From an uncultured bacterium (lineage in GTDB: Bacteria > Bacteroidota > Bacteroidia > Bacteroidales > Bacteroidaceae): 64,000 nt of DNA. The translations under genes were made by a program, and so were the position numbers. The stretch is taken from contig CALZUQ010000007.1 of assembly GCA_945829425.1 (NCBI GenBank), forward strand, positions 2,077 to 66,076. Direction: 5' to 3'. Below the pieces are notes generated by a model. It worked only from the letters and a program-made list of their open reading frames with translations, searched no databases and was not told the DNA's origin. Shown piece by piece: positions 29,808 to 39,155 of the stretch (positions are counted from its first letter, which is position 1; every line of letters begins with the position of its first letter).

Positions 29808-30881
29808 ATGACAATAACAAGGGAACAGTCCTCGGCAATGCGCGGCATAGCCATACTGAGCATCGTGCTCCATAACTTCACCCATTGGTTGCGCCCCATG
29901 GTAAAAGAGAACGAATATACCTTCAGCCAGCATAACGCTGACAGGATAATGTATGAGCTGGCACATCCTGCGTCAGACCTCTACGCCCATGTGCTCTCTT
30001 TCTTCGGCCATTACGGCGTGCCGGTGTTTCTCTTCCTCAGTGCCTACGGACTTGTCGTGAAGTATGAGCGCAGCGGCAACGGCGGCAGCCCGTGGCGGTT
30101 CATCACTTCACATTACCGCAAGCTCTTCCTGATGATGCTGACGGGCTACAGCGCCTTCGTACTTACAGACTATATGACGCCCCATCCGCGACATTACGAG
30201 TTCTGGAACGTCATAGGACAGTTAGGCATGTTCAGCAACCTTTATGCCGACCCCGACGGCTCGATATGGCCGGGACCATATTGGTATTTCGGACTTATGG
30301 TGCAGGTGTATGTCGTCTATCGCCTTGTGCTGCATGACGGACGCGGCTCGCTGTGCGGGAGACTGTCGCAGCGATGGCAGACGGCTGTGGCAGTGCTCCT
30401 CGCCTCCGTAACGCTCTTCGCCCAACTGCTTTTCGACCCTGTTGGCGAAGGACTTAACTGGTACAGGTATAACGTCTTCGGCGCATTGCCGGTATTCGTC
30501 TTCGGAATGCTCCTGGCACGTCGTGGGGGTAGCATGGCCCTTCCGACCTACGCCTATGCCGCCGGAGCCGTGGTGTTCTCTCTGCTGTGTGTCGTGGGCA
30601 GCACCTCGTTCGGTTCATGGCTTTTCGTGCCGTTCATGGTATGCCTCGCTGCATACTGCACGGTGAAATGCCTGCCGAGGTTCGCGCTGCAGGCATTGTC
30701 GTGGACAGGCTCTGTCTCTGCCGCAATGTTCGTCTGCCACCCCATCACGCGAAAGATCATCATACCCATAGCCCACCGTGGAGACATCGCCACCGGCGTG
30801 ACGCTCTATCTTGTGACGACAATAATGCTCTCCATCCTCTTCAACGCCTTGATATCAGGACTTACGAAGAAGAAATCCTGA
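29808..30881 (+). CDS. Acyltransferase family 3 (OafA-like) membrane protein
   Basis: MRGIAILSIVLHN, GVPVFLFLSAYGL, PYWY; ~10 TM; start moved to ATG 29808. Confidence 0.85.
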   Translation: MTITREQSSAMRGIAILSIVLHNFTHWLRPMVKENEYTFSQHNADRIMYELAHPASDLYAHVLSFFGHYGVPVFLFLSAYGLVVKYERSGNGGSPWRFITSHYRKLFLMMLTGYSAFVLTDYMTPHPRHYEFWNVIGQLGMFSNLYADPDGSIWPGPYWYFGLMVQVYVVYRLVLHDGRGSLCGRLSQRWQTAVAVLLASVTLFAQLLFDPVGEGLNWYRYNVFGALPVFVFGMLLARRGGSMALPTYAYAAGAVVFSLLCVVGSTSFGSWLFVPFMVCLAAYCTVKCLPRFALQALSWTGSVSAAMFVCHPITRKIIIPIAHRGDIATGVTLYLVTTIMLSILFNALISGLTKKKS

Positions 30882-30973
30882 CGACACGCACGCCACATGC
30901 CAAGCGTCACCTCCCCATAATTGCTGACTCTTTGACGTAATCCGCCTTAACCTCTGACACACGCTTCGACATT

Positions 30974-31990
30974 ATGAGTATAAAAGACATAGAACTGTTT
31001 GACATAAGCCGATACCGGCAACAGCTCATGGGACTTGCCATGATATTCATCATACTCTTCCACATAAGCCTTCCGAGGAGCGACATGTTCTTCGGGCTGC
31101 GGCGCATGGGAAATATCGGTGTGGACATCTTCCTCTTTCTCTCTGGCGTAGGTCTATGGTTCTCATGGACGAAGATGCGTCAGGAGGAGCAGCCGTTTCT
31201 GCGGAAATGGGCCGCCTTCTACTGGCGAAGGCTGAAACGGGTTTATCCGGCATGGGTTACAGTAGCCTCACTCTACTACATCCCGCGTTTCATAGATAAA
31301 CCCACCCACAGCCCGGAACAATGGCTTGACCTCTTCGGCGACATTGCCGTAAACTGGGGCTTCTGGCTTCACGACGAGCTGACGTTCTGGTATATCCCGG
31401 CCACGATGATGCTCTATATCTTCGCCGCGCCGTATATGGAGATGCTGTGCCGATGTCCCGTTTACCGTTGGATGGCTGTTGTGCCAGTAATATGGTGTGT
31501 CATGGTGCAGTACGTCACGCCGATACATCAGAGCGTAGGGCATATCGAGATATTCTGGAGCCGTGTGCCGATATTCTTCCTCGGCATAAACATTGCGGAA
31601 AGCGTCAGGCGGAGGGAGACCATCGACGGCAGGGCGTTATGGCTCATAGCCTTTCTCGCCGTAATGTGTCTCGGAGCGTGTATATGGTTGGAACAGATGC
31701 GCCATGGTAAGTTTCCGTTATTCATAGAACGCATGGTGTATATACCTCTGACGGTAAGCGGAGTATTGCTGCTCGCAAAGGCTCTGTGCCATGCGCCCAG
31801 GGCGTTCCATGCTGCTACGTCATGGGTCGGCGCGATATCCTTGGAGACATACCTCATACACAGCGAGTTCGTCCTGCGCCATATCACACCGCTACACCTC
31901 GGATACTGGCCGTCATTCCTCCTTACGGCAGGCATCTCGCTGCCTCTCGCCTTCCTCCTCCACCGCATCCTTGAGAAATGCGTGAGGTAA
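30974..31990 (+). CDS. Acyltransferase family 3 membrane protein
   Basis: LMGLAMIFIILFH, GVDIFLFLSGVGL, FWYIP, ISLETYLIH. Confidence 0.87.
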   Translation: MSIKDIELFDISRYRQQLMGLAMIFIILFHISLPRSDMFFGLRRMGNIGVDIFLFLSGVGLWFSWTKMRQEEQPFLRKWAAFYWRRLKRVYPAWVTVASLYYIPRFIDKPTHSPEQWLDLFGDIAVNWGFWLHDELTFWYIPATMMLYIFAAPYMEMLCRCPVYRWMAVVPVIWCVMVQYVTPIHQSVGHIEIFWSRVPIFFLGINIAESVRRRETIDGRALWLIAFLAVMCLGACIWLEQMRHGKFPLFIERMVYIPLTVSGVLLLAKALCHAPRAFHAATSWVGAISLETYLIHSEFVLRHITPLHLGYWPSFLLTAGISLPLAFLLHRILEKCVR

Positions 31991-32041
31991 GCATTATTTC
32001 CCAACCCACCCGGAAACGGGAGACTGTAACCATTTGAAATC

Positions 32042-32926
32042 ATGAAAAATATCATTCTTCTCACACGCCCCTCACATTGGGTGAAAAACGCCTTTGTGCT
32101 CATGCCTCTGTTCTTTGCCGGGGCATTGACAGACCTGACATTACTCGTAAAGGCTGTAACAGCGTTCTTCGCATACAGCTTCGCCGCGTCGGCGATATAC
32201 TGTTATAACGACATAATAGATGTGGAGGACGACAGGCGCCACTCGGTTAAAAGACATCGCCCCATAGCAAGCGGAGAGGTGTCGGTTGGCGTAGGTTACG
32301 TGATTATGCTGATTGCCGTTGCACTCTCGGCACTCTGTGTGGCGAGTGTCGGAGAGCGTGGCGTGAGGCTGGGAACCGTCGTGGCGGCGTATTTCATCAT
32401 GGACATAGCCTACTGCCGCGTGCTGAAACGTTATGCCATAGTCGACGTCGTGGTACTCTCAGTAGGCTTCGTGCTGCGCATCATGGCGGGCAGTGCGGCG
32501 ACGGGCATCGTGCCGTCGCAATGGCTGGTGCTCATGACATTCCTTCTGACGCTGCTCATGGGCTTCGCCAAGAGGCGCGACGATGTGTTGCGAATGATGA
32601 AGACAGGAGAGGCTCCGCGACATAACACCCACAGGTATAACCTCACGTTCATAAACCAGGCGGTGACTGTGACGGCGTCTATAACGCTCGTGTGTTATAT
32701 CATGTACACTATGTCGCCGGAGGTGACACAGCGCATACATTTCCCGTATCTGTACCTCACGACAATTTTCGTCATCGTGGGAATACTGAGATATATGCAG
32801 CTCACGGCTGTCGACGGGAAGAGCGGCGACCCTACGAAGATTCTTCTTACAGACCGTTTCCTGCAGACGGTGATAGCGCTGTGGGGACTGTCGTTCCTCC
32901 TGATACTGTATGTCTTCAGACAGTGA
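32042..32926 (+). CDS. UbiA-superfamily protein, decaprenyl-phosphate phosphoribosyltransferase-like
   Basis: RPSHWVKN, YCYNDIIDVEDDRRH..KRHRPIASG, AY..LK..AIVDV, GFVLR..AG, KRR; this pattern fits the DPPR-synthase/NoeC branch rather than quinone UbiA. Confidence 0.85.
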   Translation: MKNIILLTRPSHWVKNAFVLMPLFFAGALTDLTLLVKAVTAFFAYSFAASAIYCYNDIIDVEDDRRHSVKRHRPIASGEVSVGVGYVIMLIAVALSALCVASVGERGVRLGTVVAAYFIMDIAYCRVLKRYAIVDVVVLSVGFVLRIMAGSAATGIVPSQWLVLMTFLLTLLMGFAKRRDDVLRMMKTGEAPRHNTHRYNLTFINQAVTVTASITLVCYIMYTMSPEVTQRIHFPYLYLTTIFVIVGILRYMQLTAVDGKSGDPTKILLTDRFLQTVIALWGLSFLLILYVFRQ

Positions 32927-32998
32927 TGGAGCATGTCTTCAGACAGTGTGGAGCATGCCTTCAGACAGTGAGGAACATGCCTTCAGGCAGTGAGGAAA
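32910..32998 (+). repeat. Four ~22-bp tandem units spanning the UbiA-like stop codon
   Basis: atgtcttcagacagtgatggagc / atgtcttcagacagtgtggagc / atgccttcagacagtgaggaac / atgccttcaggcagtgaggaaa. Confidence 0.9.
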
Positions 32999-33002
32999 AA
33001 AA

Positions 33003-33635
33003 ATGGTTAAAATGGGAAAAACGATGAAAGTGAAACAAAAGATAATTGTCTCAGACTTCGACGGTACGCTGACAACATCCGACTCGATGTTGCGCATAAT
33101 AATCTGCCGTCGTGGATTGGCGGGGCTGATACTCGCCATGGTGCGCATATTGCCGTGGCTCCTGCTCATGGCTGTGCGCCTGTACTCAAACCAGCGCACG
33201 AAAGAGCGACTGCTGCATATCTGTTTCGGCGATATGGACGAAGAGAGGTTCAGGACGTTCTGCCGTTCCTTCGCCAAGGCTAACAGGGGAATATTGCGTG
33301 ACAGCCTGATGAGGGAGATAATGGAAGAGAAGGCGAAAGGCACGGAGGTGGTCGTCGTGACGGCAAGTCCTGCGATATGGGTGAGGGAGTTCATGCCTGA
33401 CGGAGTAACGGTACTGGGTAGCGAGCTGGACTTCACGGGAGGCATGATGTCAAAGAGGTTTAAGGGACGTAACTGTTACGGCATGGAGAAGGTTGAGAGG
33501 CTCTGCGCCTTCATGCCGCAACTGAGGACGGACCGTGAGGCATTCTACGTAACGGCTTACGGCGACTCAAGAGGCGACCGCGAGATGCTCTCTTTCGCCG
33601 ATGATCCACACTGGATAAACAGCAAGGCGCAATGA
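33003..33635 (+). CDS. HAD-IB family phosphatase
   Basis: DFDGTLT (motif I), VTASP (II), GMEK (III), YGDSRGD (IV); true start may be 33012 or 33024. Confidence 0.92.
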   Translation: MVKMGKTMKVKQKIIVSDFDGTLTTSDSMLRIIICRRGLAGLILAMVRILPWLLLMAVRLYSNQRTKERLLHICFGDMDEERFRTFCRSFAKANRGILRDSLMREIMEEKAKGTEVVVVTASPAIWVREFMPDGVTVLGSELDFTGGMMSKRFKGRNCYGMEKVERLCAFMPQLRTDREAFYVTAYGDSRGDREMLSFADDPHWINSKAQ

Positions 33636-35830
33636 CCACAGGGAGTTGGATGCGGGTCATGGCGCAGGGCAGCAGGGTGGTGGCAATGGCGGTAATGGTC
33701 GTGGCGTTGTCGGCGGCAACGGCAGCAACGGCGGCAACGGCAGCAACGGCAGCCTCAGGAATGGAGGGTGCGAGCGAGGAGGACGTCTGGCACGAGATCT
33801 ACACCTTGCTGTATGACGGCGACGACAGCGACGAGGAGGCGTGGAATGAGGCATACGACGTGCTGACGACCATGGCACTGACACCGCAGAACATCAATGA
33901 AGCGTCATACGACGACCTTAACGCAATACCGTTTGTCACGCACGAGCAGGCTCTCGCCGTCGTTGACTATATCACGCTCTACGGCAACATGGCGACTATG
34001 GCGGAGCTGTCGCTGATACCGGAGATTGATGTCCCGCGACAGATGATACTTCAGACGTTGTTCTTCGCAGCACCGACCCAGCGGCGCAGGTGGTCAGGCA
34101 TTGTTGCCGCCGACTCCGTGGTGCAGGCTTTGACGGCAGACTCCATACGCCGGAGACGGAACATTCCGCAATGGAGGCGTAACATGGACTACGGAAAGCA
34201 TACCTTACAGATGTCGCTGAGCATTCCGACATACCGCAGGAAGGGATATACCGACGGGAAATACCTCGGAGAGCCTTACAGCCATACCGTGCAGTATGCC
34301 TTCAGGTCGAGGAATGTAGAAGGGGCTCTGACAGCAGCGCAGGATGCGGGCGAAGAGTTCTTCTGCGGGTCGAACAGGAAAGGATGGGACTTCTACTCGG
34401 GGTATGTCAGGCTGAAGAACATGGGCGTGCTGAGGAATCTCGTCGTAGGGCATTACCAGATGTCCGTAGGCATGGGACTGCTTGTGAACAACACGTGGAG
34501 AATGTCGAAAAGTTCTGTCATGAGTTCTCCGCCTAAGGAGGCTCTGACACTTCGCGGACATGGCTCACGCCAGTCAGCGAACTACTTCCAGGGCGTTGCG
34601 GCAACGCTGCAGTTCCCGCTCGGTTCGAGGCGACATGTCTCCCTTACTCCGTTTGCAGCCTACCAGGCTGTCGACGCCACCATGACGGAACGGGGCACTA
34701 TACAGACTTTGCTCAAGACGGGCTATCACCGCACGGCGTCGGAGACAGAACGCCGCGGTACGGCACGCCAGACGGTAGCCGGGGCTTCTGTGTGTTATGA
34801 GGCGTTGCCGCTGCGCGTGTCGCTGAATGTTCTTCACGTGGCGTTCAGCGACTCGCTGACACCTCAGAAAAACGAGAGGTATAAGTATTATTCTCCTACG
34901 GGAAAGCAATTCACATCAGCTTCTACGGCATACTCGTTCAGGAACGGCAGGTGGGACATCTGTGGAGAGACGGCTCTGAGCCAACGCGCACCACGAGGCA
35001 TGGAAAAGCATTCAGGACTCTCGCTCGCCACGGCAAACAGCGTGAGGTATGTGTTCAACGACAACTGGCGCATGTTCCTCCTGCAAAGACATTACTCTTT
35101 CACATACCGCACGCTATTCGCAAACTCATTCGGCGACATGGCAAACGGACAGAACGAATCGGGAATCTACCTCGGAGCTACTACGACGACGCTGGCACAC
35201 CTCACCCTGTCCGCTTACGTCGATGCGGCATATCATCCTTGGGCAAGGTACGGATATAAACAGCAGTCACGCTCTTTCGACGCTTATGTCTCTGCGGCAT
35301 ACATAAGGGGGAACCTCTCGGCGACGGCGCGTTACCGCTACCGGGAGAAAGCCGCGACGGATGTAGCATCCTTCATTCCGACGTTCACAGCCGTCAACGG
35401 TACGTCACAACACTCGCTGAACACAACGGTGAGATATAAGGTAGGACGGTGGAACGTGACGGGCAATGCACAGGGGTGTATGCTGCCGGCTGCCGGCTCC
35501 TACGGCATGGCAGCTATGCTCGGAGGGGGATATAAAGCAGGTAATTGGACGTTATGGCTTTCCGAGGCGTATTTCAACACTACGGACTATGACTCCAGAT
35601 TGTATCTTACAGACAAGGCGCTGTCTTACGGACAGATGGCAACGATGGTTTACGGAAGAGGGCTACGTGGGGCTGCAATGGTGCAGTATGAGTTGGCGAA
35701 AAGGCTTAAAGCATCGCTGCGCTGCGTATCCTTGCGCTATCTCTCACGCGATAAAATATCGTCGGGAGAGCAGGAGATAGACTCTCCGAGACAGACGGAC
35801 ATTCAGGTGCAGGTGAGGTGGACGTTCTGA
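33632..35830 (+). CDS. Helix-hairpin-helix-containing secreted/outer-membrane protein (Bacteroidetes family, function unknown)
   Basis: PQNINEASYDDLNAIPF..QA..YITLYG (ComEA-like HhH); beta-strand-rich C-terminus ending VRWTF; (Ala-Ala-Thr)n repeat in the signal region. Confidence 0.75.
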   Translation: MTTGSWMRVMAQGSRVVAMAVMVVALSAATAATAATAATAASGMEGASEEDVWHEIYTLLYDGDDSDEEAWNEAYDVLTTMALTPQNINEASYDDLNAIPFVTHEQALAVVDYITLYGNMATMAELSLIPEIDVPRQMILQTLFFAAPTQRRRWSGIVAADSVVQALTADSIRRRRNIPQWRRNMDYGKHTLQMSLSIPTYRRKGYTDGKYLGEPYSHTVQYAFRSRNVEGALTAAQDAGEEFFCGSNRKGWDFYSGYVRLKNMGVLRNLVVGHYQMSVGMGLLVNNTWRMSKSSVMSSPPKEALTLRGHGSRQSANYFQGVAATLQFPLGSRRHVSLTPFAAYQAVDATMTERGTIQTLLKTGYHRTASETERRGTARQTVAGASVCYEALPLRVSLNVLHVAFSDSLTPQKNERYKYYSPTGKQFTSASTAYSFRNGRWDICGETALSQRAPRGMEKHSGLSLATANSVRYVFNDNWRMFLLQRHYSFTYRTLFANSFGDMANGQNESGIYLGATTTTLAHLTLSAYVDAAYHPWARYGYKQQSRSFDAYVSAAYIRGNLSATARYRYREKAATDVASFIPTFTAVNGTSQHSLNTTVRYKVGRWNVTGNAQGCMLPAAGSYGMAAMLGGGYKAGNWTLWLSEAYFNTTDYDSRLYLTDKALSYGQMATMVYGRGLRGAAMVQYELAKRLKASLRCVSLRYLSRDKISSGEQEIDSPRQTDIQVQVRWTF

Positions 35831-35899
35831 AAAAAGGCGTACGGCTTCCCGCGTACGGCAGGGACGATTAATTTGAGGATTATCATATACAAAAAAATC

Positions 35900-36907
35900 A
35901 TGAACACGGAATATATCAAGACATGGCCTGACCTTATGGCAGGCAAGAAAATACTCTACGTCCACGGCTTCGCGTCAAGCGGACAGTCAGGGACAGTGAC
36001 TTTGCTGCGCACATTGCTGCCACAGGCTGAGGTTATTGCTCCCGACCTTCCCCTGGCACCTTTCGAGGCTATACAGTTGCTTCATGATACATGTGCAGGA
36101 GAACAGCCGGACTTGATTGTCGGAAGTTCGATGGGGGGAATGATGACGGAACAGCTTCATGGCTTCTACCGCATTCTCGTCAACCCGGCTTTTCAGATGG
36201 GAGACACGATGGGAAGTCATGGCATGATAGGGAAACTGACTTTCCAGAACCCCCGAAGGGACGGAGTGCAGGAAATGATTGTGACAAAGGCTACGGTGAA
36301 GGAATACAGACAGCTTACAGAACTGTGTTTCAAATATGAAGGAGTGGAGGGCATTCCGCCGGAGGAAGACAAAAAGGTCTTTGCACTCTTTGGAGACAAA
36401 GATCCTTTAGTGCATACGCGTGACCTCTTCCTCGAACACTATTCACAGGGCATAGACTTCCACGGAGAGCACAGGTTGGTGGACTCCGTAGTACACCATT
36501 CGCTGATCCCGGTAATAAGGTGGATAGACGACCAGCAGCAGGAAAGGCAGAGGGAGGTAGTCTACATTGACGTGGAGACGCTGAAAAACAGGCAGGCAAA
36601 CCCGGCACCGTCGATGCTGAAAGCCATAGAGTCCCTCGCCGACCACTATGACCTGCGCTTTGTCTCGCCATCGCCTGCCAACAACGCCCAGACGTTTGCG
36701 ACAGTCCTTGACTGGCTGAAGGAGTATGTCGGGGTGCCGGCATTCAACCGCACCGTATTCACCAATTTCCCAGACATGCTCTACGGCGATTTCTTTATCT
36801 CCGCCAATCCTCCTGCCAACTCCATGGCTACGGCAATACTGTTCGGCTCTGAGCAGTTCAAGACGTGGGAGGAGGTGATAACATTCTTCAGCCGGCTGAA
36901 AGGATAG
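35900..36907 (+). CDS. YqiA/YcfP-like esterase fused to a degenerate 5'(3')-nucleotidase-like domain
   Basis: HGFASSG, GSSMGG nucleophile elbow, GDKD, GEHRL; C-terminal VYIDVE..LYGDFFISA; start moved to ATG 35900. Confidence 0.75.
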   Translation: MNTEYIKTWPDLMAGKKILYVHGFASSGQSGTVTLLRTLLPQAEVIAPDLPLAPFEAIQLLHDTCAGEQPDLIVGSSMGGMMTEQLHGFYRILVNPAFQMGDTMGSHGMIGKLTFQNPRRDGVQEMIVTKATVKEYRQLTELCFKYEGVEGIPPEEDKKVFALFGDKDPLVHTRDLFLEHYSQGIDFHGEHRLVDSVVHHSLIPVIRWIDDQQQERQREVVYIDVETLKNRQANPAPSMLKAIESLADHYDLRFVSPSPANNAQTFATVLDWLKEYVGVPAFNRTVFTNFPDMLYGDFFISANPPANSMATAILFGSEQFKTWEEVITFFSRLKG

Positions 36908-37014
36908 CCGTCAGCCTTTCACCCTCTCGTTCTTTTGATACATAGGGTATTTCCGGTATCTTCATGGCAAAGCAAAGCAAAGTAAAAATATAGATAGCAC
37001 AAAAACGGTTCGGT

Positions 37015-38274
37015 ATGGTTAGAACAGCATATATACTGTTGACATTATGGTTCGGCATTTTTCATGTCTCGGCAAAAGAGGTGGAAAATGCAGACAGCTT
37101 GCTGACGCTGAAAGGAACGGTAAAAGACGCAAGGTCGAAGAAACGGCTCGCCAACGTAAATGTCAGCGTCATTGGCAAGGAGGTCGGCACCATGACGAAT
37201 GACGACGGCGTCTTCGCCATAAAGATAAATAAGGAGGACATGGAGGGAAGGCTGCACTTTTCGTGTATTGGGTATGCCAATGGCAGCATGGCGTGCAAGG
37301 ATTTCTCTGCAGGAGGAGAAGGACCTGCTGTATTCCTTAATCCTGTGTCGCGAATGCTTGGAGAGGTTAATGTATATGGCGGAGACGCGCAAAGCATCGT
37401 AGAAGAAGCGTTGAGAAGGATAGACATAAACTATCCCCTGCAGCCTCACCTGCTCAATATGTTTTATCGTGAAACGATCAGTAAGGGCAGCCGCTTCGTA
37501 GGAATTTCGGAAGGTGTGATGGATGTATATAAAGACAGTTACAAAAGACGGTCGGTGTCAAGGGACAGGGTCAGGATGCTGCGCGGCAGGAGACTGCTGA
37601 GCCAAAGGTCAAGGGACACACTGGCGGTAAAAGTGCAGGGAGGCCCTACGCTGTCGGTTTATTTCGACTTGATGAAAAACGCTGATGCTGTCTTCGACGG
37701 CGAGACAATGCAGTATTACGCTTTCAGACATGAGCACGTGGAAACGCTTGACGACCGTTTGCATTATGTCGTAAGCTTCACGCCTATAGCCATTGTGGAT
37801 TACCCTCTCTTCTCCGGCCTGCTGTATATTGATGTCAACACTTTGTGCCTTTCGAGGGCAGAGATGTCGCTTGATGTCAGCGACAAGGAGAAAGCTAACA
37901 AGATGTTGTTGCAGAAGAAGCCTTCGGGACTACGGTTCAAGACCCGTGAGGCAAGAATGGTTGTGGCGTACAGGCAACATGGCGGGAAGGCATGTCTCGA
38001 CTACATAAAAAACACCATACGATTTAAATGCGACTGGAAGCGACGTCTCTTCTCGTCTGCATATACCGCCGTAGCAGAAATGGTTGTCGTAGATGCCGAT
38101 GCCGACGTACAGACAAACATACCATTATCTGAGGCGTTTAGCAACAAAAAACTCTTCAGCGACGAAGCAGAACAGAACTGGGACCATGATTTCTGGAAAG
38201 ACTACAACATCATTGAACCAACAGAGTCATTGGAAAAGGCTGTCACAAAACTGAGAAGACGTACAATGAGGTAA
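37015..38274 (+). CDS. Secreted protein with N-terminal carboxypeptidase-regulatory-like domain
   Basis: Signal peptide, LKGTVKD..LANVNV..GTMTNDDGVF, FSCIGY, FYRET, C-terminal FWKDYNIIEP. Confidence 0.8.
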   Translation: MVRTAYILLTLWFGIFHVSAKEVENADSLLTLKGTVKDARSKKRLANVNVSVIGKEVGTMTNDDGVFAIKINKEDMEGRLHFSCIGYANGSMACKDFSAGGEGPAVFLNPVSRMLGEVNVYGGDAQSIVEEALRRIDINYPLQPHLLNMFYRETISKGSRFVGISEGVMDVYKDSYKRRSVSRDRVRMLRGRRLLSQRSRDTLAVKVQGGPTLSVYFDLMKNADAVFDGETMQYYAFRHEHVETLDDRLHYVVSFTPIAIVDYPLFSGLLYIDVNTLCLSRAEMSLDVSDKEKANKMLLQKKPSGLRFKTREARMVVAYRQHGGKACLDYIKNTIRFKCDWKRRLFSSAYTAVAEMVVVDADADVQTNIPLSEAFSNKKLFSDEAEQNWDHDFWKDYNIIEPTESLEKAVTKLRRRTMR

Positions 38275-38483
38275 GGCAATTAACAGAACCCACCTTGAAC
38301 GAAGCATCGCCGACATAACGGTGGCATTATGCAGGTTTTCCTTTCTTTGTGATTTTTCAATCACCTCTGAGAATGCAAAAAAAACGACCAATGTCACCTT
38401 CCTGGGGAAATACGCAATTCTCAAGCACCCAAAATTGCGGTTGTTGGGCATAAAATCCCGTGTTTTCCGAGGAGTTTTTTCAT

Positions 38484-38598
38484 GGACGTACGTCCATAGG
38501 ATGCCTGGTCGTACGTTCAAAGGGTGTCAGGACGTACGGCGTTAGGGGGTAAGAACGTACGACCATAGGGTGCTTGGTCGTACGTCCATAGAATCTTT
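38484..38598. repeat. Five contiguous 23-bp degenerate units with a CGTACG core
   Basis: Units start at 38484, 38507, 38530, 38553 and 38576; the first unit overlaps the perfect palindrome ATGGACGTACGTCCAT (38482-38497). Confidence 0.88.
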
Positions 38599-38823
38599 GA
38601 ACGGAAATGAACGGATTGTTTAGTCGTAGATTGCACAAAATCGACATAATGTGTAATATATTGCATCAAATTCCATTTCCAAATTGCATTTTGGGGAGAG
38701 TGGTTTTCAGATGTCTTTATGTCACATAATATACATATTTGGGTGACGTTTTGCGTTTCGTATCAATCACACTTACCAATCAATAATAAAACAGCGAACT
38801 CAGGTTGCATTATATCACTAAAA

Positions 38824-38853
38824 AGGGTGTGTCAAAAGTACCTGACACACCCT
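38824..38853. terminator. 11-bp inverted repeat, probable terminator of the PUL's last genes
   Basis: AGGGTGTGTCA-aaagtacc-TGACACACCCT; reads into a T-run on the minus strand. Confidence 0.7.
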
Positions 38854-38898
38854 CACATATTTTATTTACTCATTACTTCCGTTGACAAAGGGAGAGCA

Positions 38899-39099
38899 TT
38901 ATTTCTCCTTATTTATCAATACCCTCTTCTTTCCATCTATAACGTATATTCCGTCAGGAAGCTCCGTTTTCTCTGTCGTTGTACCGACCTTCACGCCTTG
39001 GAGAGAGTAGATGTCGGAAGGACTGTCTTCCGCGTCTATCGTTACGCCCTCTATGCCCGTCGATGTCTTGATAATGACGGTAAGGGTATTGATGCAACA
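38899..39099 (-). pseudogene. Start-less remnant encoding a T9SS-type C-terminal domain
   Basis: Manual translation: *CCINTLTVIIKTSTGIEGVTIDAEDSPSDIYSLQGVKVGTTTEKTELPDGIYVIDGKKRVLINKEK*. No in-frame ATG; bounded upstream by TGA at 39100-39102. Not in the ORF track. Confidence 0.7.
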
Positions 39100-39155
39100 T
39101 CAGTTTGTGGTGTCAGCTCAAAACATACGACAGCTTTTTGTCAGAGCTCGGAATA

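Noticed and set aside
38824-38853. Inverted repeat as an IS/MITE end
   Set aside because: No transposase, no second end and no target-site duplication seen; position fits a terminator.
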